64,000 nucleotides of DNA from Rebecca billardiae RCC1528 (Eukaryota; Protista; Haptophyta): assembly GCA_965240325.2 (NCBI GenBank), contig OZ251240.1:1488001-1552000 (forward strand). Direction: 5' to 3'. Under the pieces are notes generated by a model, which saw only the letters and a list, made by a program, of their open reading frames with translations, was not told the DNA's origin and did not search any database. The translations under genes were made by a program, and so were the position numbers. Each line of letters begins with the position of its first letter. Position 1 is the stretch's first letter. Of this stretch, positions 1-11,138 are shown piece by piece.

Positions 1-3000
1 CCGCCGCCGCCGCCGCCGCCGCGGTCCGCGCGCTCGACGGCGGGCAGCGCCGCGGCCGCCGGCGCGCCGTCGGCGGCGGGCGCGTCCGCGTCCGCGCCCG
101 CGTCCGCGGCGGCGGGCGGTGCGGGCTGCATCAGCCTCTCGCGCAGCAGGTCGGCGAGGATCGAGCCGCAGAGCGAGCCCTCGTCGTCCGCGTCCGCCTG
201 CGCACCGCCGCCGCGCGTGCGGCCGCGACCGCGCGTGTGAGGCGCCCCTCGCCGCCGCTCCCGCGCTCGTCGGGCGGCGGCGCGGCCGCGCCGGCCGAGC
301 GCGCGCGCGCGCGCGGCGCACGCACCCCTGCGCGCCCCGCAAGCACGCGGTCGTTGAGCTCGGCCTTGCGCGTCTGCAGGCTGAGAATCTTCTCATCCAC
401 CGAGTCGGCCACCACCAGTCGGTACACGGTCACGGGGCGCGTCTGCCCGATGCGGTGCACGCGGTCCTGGGCCTGCGCGCGCACACACGCACACACGCAC
501 ACACGCACACACGCACGCACACACGCACACACGCACGCACACACGCGCAACCGCGCGCCGAGGCGAAGGCGCCGACCGTCAGCCGGCGCCGAGCGCGCGC
601 CGCCGGCCGCGCGCGCAGGCGCGCGGCTGCTTGCTTGCTTGCGCGCGCGCGCGCCTGCCGGTCGATAGCCGGGTTGAAGTCGACGTCGTGCAGGATCACC
701 GTGTCCGCGGCCGTGAGATTGATACCGACGCCGCCCGCGCGCGTCGTGAGCAGGAAGGCAAAGATGGACTCGTCCGCCGAGAATTCGTCAATGAGCAGCT
801 GGCGGTCGTCGACGTTGGTCGAGCCGTCGAAGCGCACGTGCCGCAGGTGGAGCCGCTGCTCGAGCAGCTCCTGCAGGATGTCGAGCACCGACGTCCACTG
901 CGAGAAGATCACCACGCGGTGGCCTGCGTGTGCGCGCGTGCGCGTGTGCGTGTGTGCGTGTGTGTGCGTGCGCGCGTGCGCGTGCGAGTGCGCGTGGGTG
1001 CGCGTGAGTGCGCGCGTGTGCGTGTGCGTGTGCGTGTGTGTGTGTGTGCGCGTGTGTGTGCGTGTGTGTGTGCGTGTGTGCGTGTGTGCGCGTGAGTGCG
1101 CGCGTGTGCGTGTGCGTGTGCGCGCAGGAGGCCTACGGCGCAGCGGCGGCTCAGCGCCGCCCCCGCGGGGCGGCACGCGCGCGGGCCGGGCGCCGCCGGC
1201 GTCACCGCGCCATGCCCGGCGCGGCGCGCGCCGCGCGCGCCGCGCGGCGCAGCGCACCCTTGGCCTGGAGCTCCGGCAGCAACGCGCACAGCCGGCCGCA
1301 CTTGGCGGACCCCTCGAGCGCGTCGGGCGGCAGGCAGAGGTCGTGCAGCAGCCGGTGCTGCGCGCAGCACTGGTGCAGCACGTGGTCGTTGTACCCGCTC
1401 ACCTGCGCGCAGGAGGGGCGGGCGGGCGCGTGCGCGGCGCGGCGGGCGGCGCGCGTGAGCGGCGAGGCGGGCGGGCGCGTGGGCGGCGCGCGCTCCGGTG
1501 TGGCGGCGGTGCATCAGGGGGGCTCGGGCGGGCGCGGGCGCGCGCGCGCGCGGGCGCGCGTGGCGGCGCGGCACGCCGCGGCACGCCGAGCTCGCTCGCC
1601 CTCCCTCCATCCGACGCGCACACGCGCACGCGCACACACGCGCACACGCGCACACGCGCACACACGCACACACACACACACGCGCACACGCACACACTCA
1701 CACACGCGCACACGCGCACACACGCACACACGCACACGCACACACGCGCACACGCGCACAGGCACACAGCGCAGCGCCGCCCAACACCGCGCGCACACGC
1801 CCGCCCCCGCGCGCGCGCACCTCCTCGAGCACGCGCGCGCGCGTCGCCTCGTCGCCAAAGTGCCCCGAGCGCCACAGCACCTCCGCGATCCGCCCCACCT
1901 GCGCGGGCTCGTAGCGCGCTCGCACAAGCAGCGGGTGCTGCGCGGCCTTGCGCAGCTCGGTGAAGACGTGCTTGGCGAGGCGGCGGTCGGAGGCGAGGGC
2001 GGCGGCGAGGGCGGAGGCCGCCGCCGGGCCCGCCTCGTCGTCCGCGCCGCCCTCGCGCCGCGACGCGCGCGCGGGCTGCAGCGCCGCCGGCACCGAAGGG
2101 CGGTCGTCGTCGGCGTCGTCGTCGTCGTCGTCGTCGGCGGCGGCGGCGTCGGCGGCGGCGGCGGCGGCGGCGGGCGGCGGCGCGTCCGCGCCCGGCGCGG
2201 CCGCGCGCGCGGCGGCGCCCGTCGCGCGCGCGGCGGCGATGCGCCGCGCGTGCTCGCGCAGCACGCCGTCGTACGCCTCCGCCTGCGCGCGCCCCATCGC
2301 CACGCGCTCCGTCACCTCCGCGCGCGGCAGCAGCAGCTGAGACAGCACCTGCGCCTTGAGCCGGCGCAGCACAAACGGCCCCATGATCGAGCGCACCGCG
2401 GCGAGCGCGGCCGCAGACTTGTCGGCGGCGAGCAGGCGCTCGCGGACAGCGCCGTCGATGAGCGAGGGCATGAGGAAGGAGAGCAGCGTGACGAGCTCGC
2501 GCGTCGAGTTCTCCAGCGGCGTGCCCGTCAGCAGCAGCCGGTGCCGCGTGTGCAGCCGCGACAGGTTGCGGAAGCGCGCGGACGCGGCGTTCTTGATGCA
2601 GTGCGCCTCGTCGAGCACCGCGTACTCAAAGCGCTGCTTCGAGAGGAAGGCACGCTCCTCCTTGGCGGCGGAGGTGTCGCGCTCGAAGAGCGAGTACGAG
2701 GTGATCAGCACGTGCCACTCCCCGCGCGCGCCCGCGCGCAGCTCCTCGCGCAGCGCGTACCGCTCCGCCTCCGCGCCGCCGTACTTGAGCGCCACGAGCG
2801 CAGGACACCACGCGGCGAGCTCGCGCGCCCAATTTTCGACGGTCGAGTTTGGCGAGATGATGAGGAAGGGGCCCGGGCGGTGGTGCTTGGAGCGCGCGCG
2901 GTGGGCGAGGTGCGCGAGCAGCGAGATCACCTGCACCGTCTTGCCCAGCCCCACTGCGAGGCAGCGCGCGCGCACGCGGCGGCGGCGGGTGGCGGCGCGC

Positions 3001-3881
3001 GCGCGCGCGCGCGCGCGTCAGCCGACCGGGCGCGCGCGGCGCGCGCCGCCTTGGGCCGACACAGCAGCGGCTCGCGCCTCGCCCCACCCCTTCCGCCCTC
3101 GCCGCCCCGCGCGACCTCTCGTCCGCGAGGGCAGCGCGGCTCCCGCCCCGCCCCTCCTCGCCTGCTGCCCGCCCCGCCCCTCCCGTGCCGCCAAGCCGCG
3201 CGTGCCGCAAAGGCCCCCGTGCCGCCAAGCCGCGCGTGCCGCCCAGCCGCGCGTGCCGCCAAGCCGCGCGTGCGCGCACTCTCGTCCGCGAGGATGCCGT
3301 TGAGCTTGAGGGCGTGCAGCGAGTGCAGCCAGTTGAGGCCGAGCAGCTGGTACGGCTTGAGCGTGAGCGCGGAGGACATGTTGGGCGGCTGGCCGAGCAC
3401 GCTCGAGCGGCCGTGCGCGCGCGCGCCGGCGCCGTCGTCTAGGCCGTCGCAGGGCGTCACACTCGGCGCCTCAGTGCCGCTCAGCGTGCGCACGGTCCCG
3501 GACTCCTCCTCGCCGTCGGCGCCGCCGCCGGCGGCGGCGCCGCCCTCCAGCCGCATGTAGCCGGACAGCGCGTCGCGCATCTTGGCCGAGAGCGCCTCGC
3601 ACCTGCGCGAGCGGTGGCGGCGCGCGCGGCGAGCAAGGCGGCGGCGTCAGCGAGCGCGCGCGGACGACGGCGCGCCAAGCGGCCGCGCGCCGGCCGCGGC
3701 GCGCGCAGGCGCGCCGCGGCTGCGAGGGCGCGCGCGCGCACTTGCGCAGGACGCGGGCGAGCTCGTCGTCCTCCTCGCCTTCATCCTCCTCCTCCGACGA
3801 CGACCCCTCCTCCTCCTCCGAGTCGTCAGAGTCACTGCCCTCCTCCTCCTCCTCCTCCTCCTCCTCCTCCTCCGCCGCCGC

Positions 3882-3912
<31 letters not shown>

Positions 3913-4616
3913 TGTGCGCTCGCAGCCGGTGCGCCCGCGGCCGCGCCGCTGCCGGGCGTGGGCGCGGCGCCGGCGCCGCGCGGCGGCTCGTCGTCGTCGT
4001 CCTCCTCGTCCTGCACGACCGCCAGCCGGCGCAGCCGCTTCCGGCCGCCCTGCCCCGCGCCGCCGCCGCCGCCGCTCGGCGCCGCGCCGCCGTCCGCGTC
4101 GGGCGGGGAGCCCTGCCGGTTCTTCGCGCGCGCGCGCGCGTCCGGCGGCGCGGGCGCGGCGGGCTGCGCGGGCGGGCGCGGCGGCGCGGGCGGGTACTCG
4201 AGCGGCGGCAGCGCGCGCCGCTCGGCCGGCACCTCCGCCCGCTTCTCGCGCGTCTTGACGTTGACATACTCGCGCGCGCCCGAGCCGAGCTGCCGCAGCG
4301 TCCACTCGGACGCGGGGTTGGCGCCCGGGTAGCGCTTGGCGACGTCGGCGGCGCGCTTGACGAGGGTCTCGAGCTTGTGGAACACGATCGCGTTGCGCTC
4401 GTTCCGCCCCTCCGCGTTCAGCTGCTTCGACGCCTTGCCCAGCAGCGGCACGTTGATCCGGCTCATCTCGTCGCGGTACGGGAAGCCCCAGTACTTGCGG
4501 TGCTCGGGCGCGGTGTACCCCTTGGGCACGTGGAGGAAGGCGGAGTACGGCAGCCGCGTCACGTCCACCGTGCGCGACGGCGCCCACGAGAAGGACAGCT
4601 GCCCGCCTTGCGACAT
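1..4616 (-). CDS. SNF2-family chromatin-remodelling helicase, SMARCAD1/Fun30/ETL1-like; multi-exon, 3' end runs off the window
   Basis: Splicing exons 4616-3742, 3602-3280, 2953-1821, 1402-1258, 923-655, 472-~326 and a probable last exon from ~197 gives [12 protein letters not shown]...GILADEMGLGKT (motif I), DEAH (II), [10 protein letters not shown] (III), [26 protein letters not shown] and [13 protein letters not shown] (VI). [11 protein letters not shown] followed by an insertion is typical of Fun30/SMARCAD1. Confidence 0.88.
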
Positions 4617-4837
4617 GGCCACGCGGCGCCGCCACGAATCGCCCCCACCCCAGCTCGGGCCTGACCAACGGTGGCGCTCGGAGTAGATCCACGCAGTGCA
4701 GCCTTGGTCAGTCCGCGAGCGCACACCGGTCGCCCGCCGCGTGTACCCGTCCGGACGGGTGCTGCTCACCAGTCACCAGTGAGGACGTCCGGATGTTGGA
4801 TTGTTGGCCGGCCATTTCGGGCCCATTTGCATCCACG

Positions 4838-5890
4838 ATGGGCACGACCGCGGCGCGCCTCCTCCTCGGCGCGGCGCTCGTCGGCGGCGCGGCAGGGGCG
4901 GCGGCCGCGGGCCCGGCGGCGTGCCGCACGCGCGTGGCGCCCGCACCTCGCCGCGCCGCCGCCCGCCGCTCGGCGCCCGCCGCCGCGGCTGGCGGCGCCG
5001 CGCCGCCCGAGGCGGTCGCCGTCGACGAGTCGGCGCTCGAGGCGTGGGGCGTGCGCCCCGCGGTGCTCGACGCGGCGGAGGACGAGTTCGCGGCGCGCGC
5101 GCGCGCGATCAACGCCGACCCGCCCGCCTTCGCCATCGACGACTTCCTCTCCGCCGCCGAGTGCGACCAGATCATCGCGCTCGCCAAGGCGCAGCGCGAG
5201 GCGGGCGCGCCCGAGTCCGACCTCTACTTGAATTATCGCGTCAACCAGGAGGTGGGCGGCGCGGGCGCGGGCGCGGAGGGCGCGGCGCTCTCGTCGGAGG
5301 CGGCCGCGCTCATCGACGAGGCCGGCCTCGACGAGGCGCAGCTCTCCGCCGCCGCGCCCTCGGGCTTCCGCTTGCAGGTCGACGCGCTCGCGTCCGCGCT
5401 CGACGGCGCGCGCGCCGACGGCGACGGCGCGGCGGGAGGGGGCGGGGTCGAGGCGGCGCTCGGCGCGCGCGTGCTCCGGCTGCTCGGGCTGCCGCACAAG
5501 CGGCTGCGCTTCGCCGAGGGCATCTGGGTCAAGCCCGACCGGCTGTACGCCGTCATCCGCGACGTGACGGTCGTGCACTACCGCGAGGGCGAGGGCGTCG
5601 CGCCGCACGTCGACGGCAAGGACGCGACGCTGCTGTGCTACCTCAACGACGTGGCCGAGGGGTGCGGCGGGCGCACGGTGTTCCCCGAGGACGGCTTCGC
5701 CTCGACGCCCGCGCGCGGCCGCGCGCTCCTCTACTGGTCCAAGCAGCGCCTGCTGCACTACTCGGAGGCGCTCAAGCCGGGCGCGGGCGACAAGTGGGTG
5801 ATGCAGCTGCTCATCGACGTGCGGCACGCCGACACGGGCACGGGGCCGTACGTCGACTTTGCGACGGGGCAGGTGGTGCACGGGGTCTGA
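4838..5890 (+). CDS. 2OG-Fe(II) dioxygenase, prolyl 4-hydroxylase-like, with signal/transit-like leader
   Basis: PPAFAIDDFLSAAEC (P4H N-terminal motif), HxD (PHVDG), TLLCYLND, GGRTVFP, distal His (LLHYS) and K in DKWV. Hydrophobic N-terminus followed by an Ala/Arg-rich segment. Confidence 0.8.
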   Translation: MGTTAARLLLGAALVGGAAGAAAAGPAACRTRVAPAPRRAAARRSAPAAAAGGAAPPEAVAVDESALEAWGVRPAVLDAAEDEFAARARAINADPPAFAIDDFLSAAECDQIIALAKAQREAGAPESDLYLNYRVNQEVGGAGAGAEGAALSSEAAALIDEAGLDEAQLSAAAPSGFRLQVDALASALDGARADGDGAAGGGGVEAALGARVLRLLGLPHKRLRFAEGIWVKPDRLYAVIRDVTVVHYREGEGVAPHVDGKDATLLCYLNDVAEGCGGRTVFPEDGFASTPARGRALLYWSKQRLLHYSEALKPGAGDKWVMQLLIDVRHADTGTGPYVDFATGQVVHGV

Positions 5891-6631
5891 CGAGGAGGGC
5901 CGGGGCGCGCGCGTGCGCATTGACGGTGAGGGCGGCGCCGCCGCCCGGGGGTGGGGCTGGCATCCGCCGGCCGTCGCGGAGGCCGCCTGCGGACTGCGGT
6001 CTCAGCCACGGTGCCGACGCTATACCACTATATATAGCTAGACGTACTACAGAGTTGCTGGGCCAGGGTAGTATGGGGGTATACTTAGCAGAGATAATTT
6101 ATTAATAACTGATGCTAGATGAATAATAGTATAGCAGACCGGGAATGAGCACGACTGCGCGCTCGCGTTATAGTAGTTCGTCAGCATCGTCATCACTAGA
6201 GTCGCGCCCTCTCCGCACAGATCGGATCCGATCTGACGAGATTCCGAGTAGACAGTAGTCGTTATTTGTAAGCGCGCGCGCTACTGTGAGTCGTCCGCCG
6301 GCGCGCGCGCCAATCTACTATCGCGCGGCTGGCCGGACTACGTCGTTCTGTCGTTCACGTTATTATAGTGCTCGCGTCGTGCTAATGCGCACGCGCACTC
6401 GATCGTAGTGTCACGGTAGGTACTACTTACGGCGCGGCGGCGTCAGGACACGGTGTGAGTGACCCGGTGTCGGCGGTATAACTCCGTACTCGCCGCGCGG
6501 TACCCGCGGACTACCGGACGGCCCGGCGTCTGCCGCCGCTGACTCCGCTGAGCCGCCGCATTGCCGGCAGCCAGTCATCTCCGCGCCGCTGGCGACATTG
6601 ACGTATTTGATGAGTGCTGCTGATGCATGCG

Positions 6632-8044
6632 CTATACTGCAGCGGCCGTGGGCACCACGCAGCCCTCCTTTTCCAGGGCACTACACTCGGAATGGACCTG
6701 CGTCCGAGTGTCCGTGGGAAAGAGGAGCGCGGCGCGTTCGCGGTCCCACGCCCAGTAGAAGCGATTGCACTCAAGGGTGGAGCACGCATCCCACCGGCGC
6801 CTCTCGCCAGCAGGCCGCGTCGTCGGCTGCGGGGCCGCACCCCCTCCGGCGCCCGAGCTGTTCTGCGCGTGACCACGGTGATGGTGGGCCCAGGGCCCGG
6901 CGTGCTTGACGCCGCGAGCCAGGCCGTACATCCAGGGCCACTCGCGGAGCAGGCCGCAGCACGGGGTCGGCTGGCCGGGCCGCGCGTACACGCGCGGCTC
7001 CCTGCACCACGCCTGCGCGCCGTAGCGCGAGGCGAACCACCACTGCGCAGAGCGCTCCGCCTGCCGGCCCGCGCGCGGCTCTGGAGGCAGCACAAAAGAG
7101 GCGTTGGGCGGCCCGGTGCGCCCGTCGGGCGCCCACGCGCGCGGCTCGGCCCGGTCGCGCGCAGCCGGGCCCGCGGCGCGCGGCGCGGCGGACGCCTCCG
7201 CGGGCTGCGCACGCGTCACCACGGGTTTCCCGGACGGGGGCCCCGCATCGCGGCACAGGTCGGAGGTGAAGATTTCGAGCAGGCGAAAGTACGGGCGGCA
7301 GAGGGCGCGCGGGCACGCGACCATGTGGTCGTTGAGGCAGCGGTACGCGGGCCGCGGGTTGATGCCGCCGAGGGGCACGAAGACGGCGCTCGGCTCGAGC
7401 GCGGAGAGGCGCAGCGGCCGTATGAACACCAGGTCCGTCCGGAGCCGAACGATCCAGTCGTAGCGCGCGCGCGCGGCCGCCTCCGCGCGCTCCACGTCGT
7501 CGTAGCACGCGCCGATCCCACTCCACTGCTGGAGCACCTTGTAGCTGTCGGCGCGGACTTTGCGCGCGCGGATCCGCTCGATGGCCCCCGTGCATCGCAG
7601 CCGCAGCGGCTCGGTGCCGACGTACGCGATGCTGCGCACGTCGCACAGCTCGCGCCGCGCGCGCCGCGCAAAGGCCTCGCGCTCGGTGACGAGCGCGCCG
7701 GCGGCGCTGCCCCCCTGCGAGCCGCCGCCGACGAGGGTCTCGTCGTCGATGGACACGCTCAGGAAGACGTCTGGCGCCCAGCCGTCCTCGCGGAGGCTGC
7801 CGACCACGTGCGTGTTGAAGCGCTCGCGCACGGGCGGCGCAAAGACGGTGCGCGGCACGCCCGTGACGCAGACCGCGGCGCGCCCGCGCGCGGCCCGCGC
7901 GGCGGTGGACGCGCGGCACGTGCGCGTGCTCGATGCATCCGCCGCCGTGGCAGCGCCCGGCAGAAGGGCGTGCTGCGCTTGCGCGCGCAGCCCCAGGACG
8001 GCGAGGGCGATGCCACACGCAGCGCGTCGCGCTGGCGGCGCCAT
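6632..8044 (-). CDS. Putative secreted or type II membrane glycosyltransferase-like protein
   Basis: N-terminal hydrophobic segment. AVCVTGVPRT, YDWIVRLRTDL and NDH motifs resemble an algal/bacterial GT-like family. Intronless. Confidence 0.5.
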   Translation of the reverse strand: MAPPARRAACGIALAVLGLRAQAQHALLPGAATAADASSTRTCRASTAARAARGRAAVCVTGVPRTVFAPPVRERFNTHVVGSLREDGWAPDVFLSVSIDDETLVGGGSQGGSAAGALVTEREAFARRARRELCDVRSIAYVGTEPLRLRCTGAIERIRARKVRADSYKVLQQWSGIGACYDDVERAEAAARARYDWIVRLRTDLVFIRPLRLSALEPSAVFVPLGGINPRPAYRCLNDHMVACPRALCRPYFRLLEIFTSDLCRDAGPPSGKPVVTRAQPAEASAAPRAAGPAARDRAEPRAWAPDGRTGPPNASFVLPPEPRAGRQAERSAQWWFASRYGAQAWCREPRVYARPGQPTPCCGLLREWPWMYGLARGVKHAGPWAHHHRGHAQNSSGAGGGAAPQPTTRPAGERRRWDACSTLECNRFYWAWDRERAALLFPTDTRTQVHSECSALEKEGCVVPTAAAV

Positions 8045-8609
8045 CACTCCGGACCTTGGGCGTGCGCTCACGACTCACGAGGGATGATGCCGGGATCTGC
8101 TCGCGGAGGATACCGCCGCCGGGCGGAAAACGCATCGTGTCACCGAAGCAAGGCGCGCATTGTCTCCGGCCGGAAAAAAAAATTCGCGAATACGATATTG
8201 ATATCGTCATCAACTCATCATCCGTCCATCATCCGATGGCGCGCGATCTGGCTGCTCGTCCCGATCCCGGCTGCGGCGAGACTCGAGAGCAGCAGCCGCC
8301 CCGCGGAGCCGGCGCGTCATGAATGGGCGCGTGGCTGATCAGTCTCATCAGATGACGACGCGACTCAGCATCAGTACTCTGCGTGGACGACTGACATTAT
8401 AGCTGCCGCTGATGCCATCACACTGTGACTGTCACTGCGTGCGCCCGTCCGTGCGGGGTCCATGTCGGTCACGCGCATCTGCACTACCGCGGGTCCAGCC
8501 CGCCGTGCGCGGCCGCACCCGAGGCGCAGAGCGCGCCCGGCGGCTCGACGCCGGGCCCGGGAGCGCGCCGGCCGGCCGGGCGCGGGTGGTTCGCCCGGGC
8601 GCCCAGAAG

Positions 8610-10073
8610 TCAGCGGCACGCGGCGCACCCGAGCGCGAACTCGGCTCCGTGCGGGCCGTGCGCGACGCGCAGCGGGCAGGCGCTGGCCTGCGCGCAGCCC
8701 GCGCCCGCGCTCCACGCGAGCGTGCCCGCCTGCGCGTCGGCGTGGCAGCCGTCGCACATGTGCGTTGTGCCCCAGCAGAACCAGCTGGCTTCGGCGCAGC
8801 AGTACCTGCACTTCCACGCGAGGTGCTCGGCGCCGTGCCCGCGCGCGCACCGCTTGCCCGCCGACGCGCAGCTCGCGCACAGCCGCTCGTCGTCGTCGCT
8901 CGCGCCCGGCTCGCCCGGCTCGCCGCCCGCGCCCTCGCGCGCCGCGCCGGCCGGCTCGGCGTGCGCGCCGCCCGGCCGCGCGCACTCCCTGCGCCCGCCG
9001 CAGAACGGCGCGCCGCACCGGCCGCACTCGAAGAAGTGGAAGGTCTCGAGCGCGTACGCGAGCACCCGCCCGTCGTACCGGCCGCCCGGCCGCACGGCCT
9101 CGCGCTCGTCGTCGCTCGCGTGCTCTCGCAGCTGCCGCTTGGCGCAGCGGAGCACCTCCTGCCGCAGCGCGAGCGGCCGCTTGAGCGGCTCGCGCAGCGA
9201 GGGGTGCTCGAGCCCGACCGCGCCGGCCGGGCCCGCGGCGCGGCAGCCGGGGCAGTCGAGGTGGCCGAAGCTGATCGCCGGCCCCGGGAAGGACGCGACG
9301 ATCGCGGCCGCCGCGCACCGCTGATGGATGAGGTGCGCGCAGCGCAGCGCGATCGTGGCCTCGGTGTGCAGCGGCTCGTGGCACGCGTAGCACTCGCCCT
9401 GCTCGGCCGCGGCCGCGCTCGCCGCGCTCGCCGCGAGCCGCCCCGCGCGGCGCGGCGCCTCGGGCCGGCGCAGGAGCCGGTGCGCGCAGCCGGCGCGGCA
9501 GCAGCCGAGGTGCTCGCCGACGGGCTCGTCCGCGACGCCCGCGCAGAAGTGGCCGCACGGCAGCCGCTCGGCGCACGCGGCGAGCGAGAGCTCGGCGCAC
9601 TCGGCGCACGCCGCGACCAGCCGCGCGTACCGCGCCTCGAGCTCCGCCTTCTCGAGGATCGTGCCGCAGTCGCCCCCGTGCTCGGCGAGCGTCGCGCGCA
9701 TGCGCCGGATCGGCACGGGCTCGGGCGGCCCGCCGAGCCGCGCGCGCTCGCCGCACAGCGCGCACTTGGGCGCGGCGTGCTGCGCGCACGTGAGGCCCGC
9801 GTGGTAGGGCACCGCCATGCACTCGCCGCAGAAGTTGGCGGCGCACCCGGGGCAGCGGAAGCGGTGGGTGGCAAAGTGGAGCGCGGCCGCGCGCGGGAGC
9901 GACTCCGGGACGAAGGCCTTGGGCGGCGTCCTGTCCAGCTCGGGGATGCCCGTGTGCCACTCGGGCGCGCCGCACTCGATCAGCGTCCCGCACCCGGCCG
10001 GGCAGCGCGCCACGCCCGGCAGGTCGACCTCGGATGCGAGACGCTGATCAAGGTCGACCTGGACGCCGGCCAT
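8610..10073 (-). CDS. Stand-alone MYCBP2/Highwire-type RING-Cys-relay (RCR) E3 ubiquitin ligase with an N-terminal IBR-like Zn domain
   Basis: RING CYAC...CAHLIHQRC...GPAISFGHLDCPGC. Tandem-cysteine domain FFECGRCGAPFCGGRREC...LCASC...KCRYCCAEASWFCWGTTHMCDGCH...CPLRVAHGPHGAEFALGCAACR*, collinear with the MYCBP2 C-terminus. Confidence 0.85.
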   Translation of the reverse strand: MAGVQVDLDQRLASEVDLPGVARCPAGCGTLIECGAPEWHTGIPELDRTPPKAFVPESLPRAAALHFATHRFRCPGCAANFCGECMAVPYHAGLTCAQHAAPKCALCGERARLGGPPEPVPIRRMRATLAEHGGDCGTILEKAELEARYARLVAACAECAELSLAACAERLPCGHFCAGVADEPVGEHLGCCRAGCAHRLLRRPEAPRRAGRLAASAASAAAAEQGECYACHEPLHTEATIALRCAHLIHQRCAAAAIVASFPGPAISFGHLDCPGCRAAGPAGAVGLEHPSLREPLKRPLALRQEVLRCAKRQLREHASDDEREAVRPGGRYDGRVLAYALETFHFFECGRCGAPFCGGRRECARPGGAHAEPAGAAREGAGGEPGEPGASDDDERLCASCASAGKRCARGHGAEHLAWKCRYCCAEASWFCWGTTHMCDGCHADAQAGTLAWSAGAGCAQASACPLRVAHGPHGAEFALGCAACR

Positions 10074-10705
10074 GCTGGCCCGGGTCCGGCGCGCTGAGTC
10101 CGGGAAAGGAGCGCCCGACGGCGACGGCCTTCGAGGACGTCGGTGGACGACCAGCCCGCGCTCGACGGATCGACGTCGTCGCCTCCACGCGATTCGGAGC
10201 GCGACCCGACCTGCAGGCCGAGCCCGACGGCCGGACGGCGCTCCCCGTCAGCACCGCGCGGCATAATGAGTAAATGCGGTCGTGGTAGTAGTCAATAATT
10301 GTGGCCAGCGCGTCACCCGCGTCAGGCTGATCCAGTCCGCGTCGGGATTGACGCGCGCGCCCTCTGCCGATGACGGGCCCAGGATTTTCCGGGTAAAATG
10401 TCCAGCATTCTCATTGGCCTCCTTAAAATCCATGCCATCTTCTCATTGGCTCGTGCGAGTGCAGGCACGAGTGCTAGCCAATCGTGTGCCTCGCTCAATT
10501 TACCCAGAAAAAGACTCTCGTCCAATGAGAAGCCGGAGATGGACTTATTATTCACACTGTTAAATTTATAATAATAATATTTAATTCTCTGCCGTGGAGT
10601 CGCGAGTCTCGCTGCCCGTGGCGCGGTCGTCCAGCCGCCGCCGGTAAGCCGGTTAAGTCGTCAGTTTTGAATAGTTAACAGTTAGTAATTCCTGAATTGC
10701 TACAC

Positions 10706-11074
10706 CATCCGGATAGTCCGTGGTTCACTCCCATCCCTCCACTGAACAGTGTGAACGCACTGAACAGTGAGCCACCGGACCGCCAACCCTGCGTCCGCGG
10801 ATGACCATCCGGACATTCAGTCCGGGGTTCACTCCCACCCCTCCACTGAACAGTGTGAACGCACTGAACAGTGAGCCACCGGACCGAAGCCTGCGCGTCC
10901 GGATGACCATCCGGACAGTCCGGGGTTCACTCCCACCCCTCCACTGAACAGTGTGAACGCACTGAACAGTGAGCCACCGGACCGAAGCCTGCGCGTCCGG
11001 ATGAACATCCGGACAGTCCGGGGTTCACTCCCACCCCTCCACTGAACAGTGTGAACGCACTGAACAGTGAGCCA
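10706..11074. repeat. Tandem array of ~100-bp units (3.7 copies)
   Basis: Units start at 10706, 10806, 10908 and 11006. Each begins CATCCGGA, complete units end (T)CCGGATG-like, and each holds two CACTGAACAGTG palindromes. Confidence 0.95.
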
Positions 11075-11138
11075 GGCTTCGACCTCGAGGCCAGGCGGAG
11101 GAGCCCACCGCTCCCGGGGCGGCGCACGCCCAGATCTC

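Noticed and set aside
119-3560. Long plus-strand ORFs (614 and 850 aa) and similar R/A/P-rich ORFs across the window
   Set aside because: They are antisense or off-frame shadows of real genes. Stop codons are rare at this GC content, and the HT/VC runs are translated intronic microsatellites.
10706-11074. Possible CRISPR-like array
   Set aside because: Whole units are near-identical with no unique spacers, there are no cas genes, and the context is eukaryotic.
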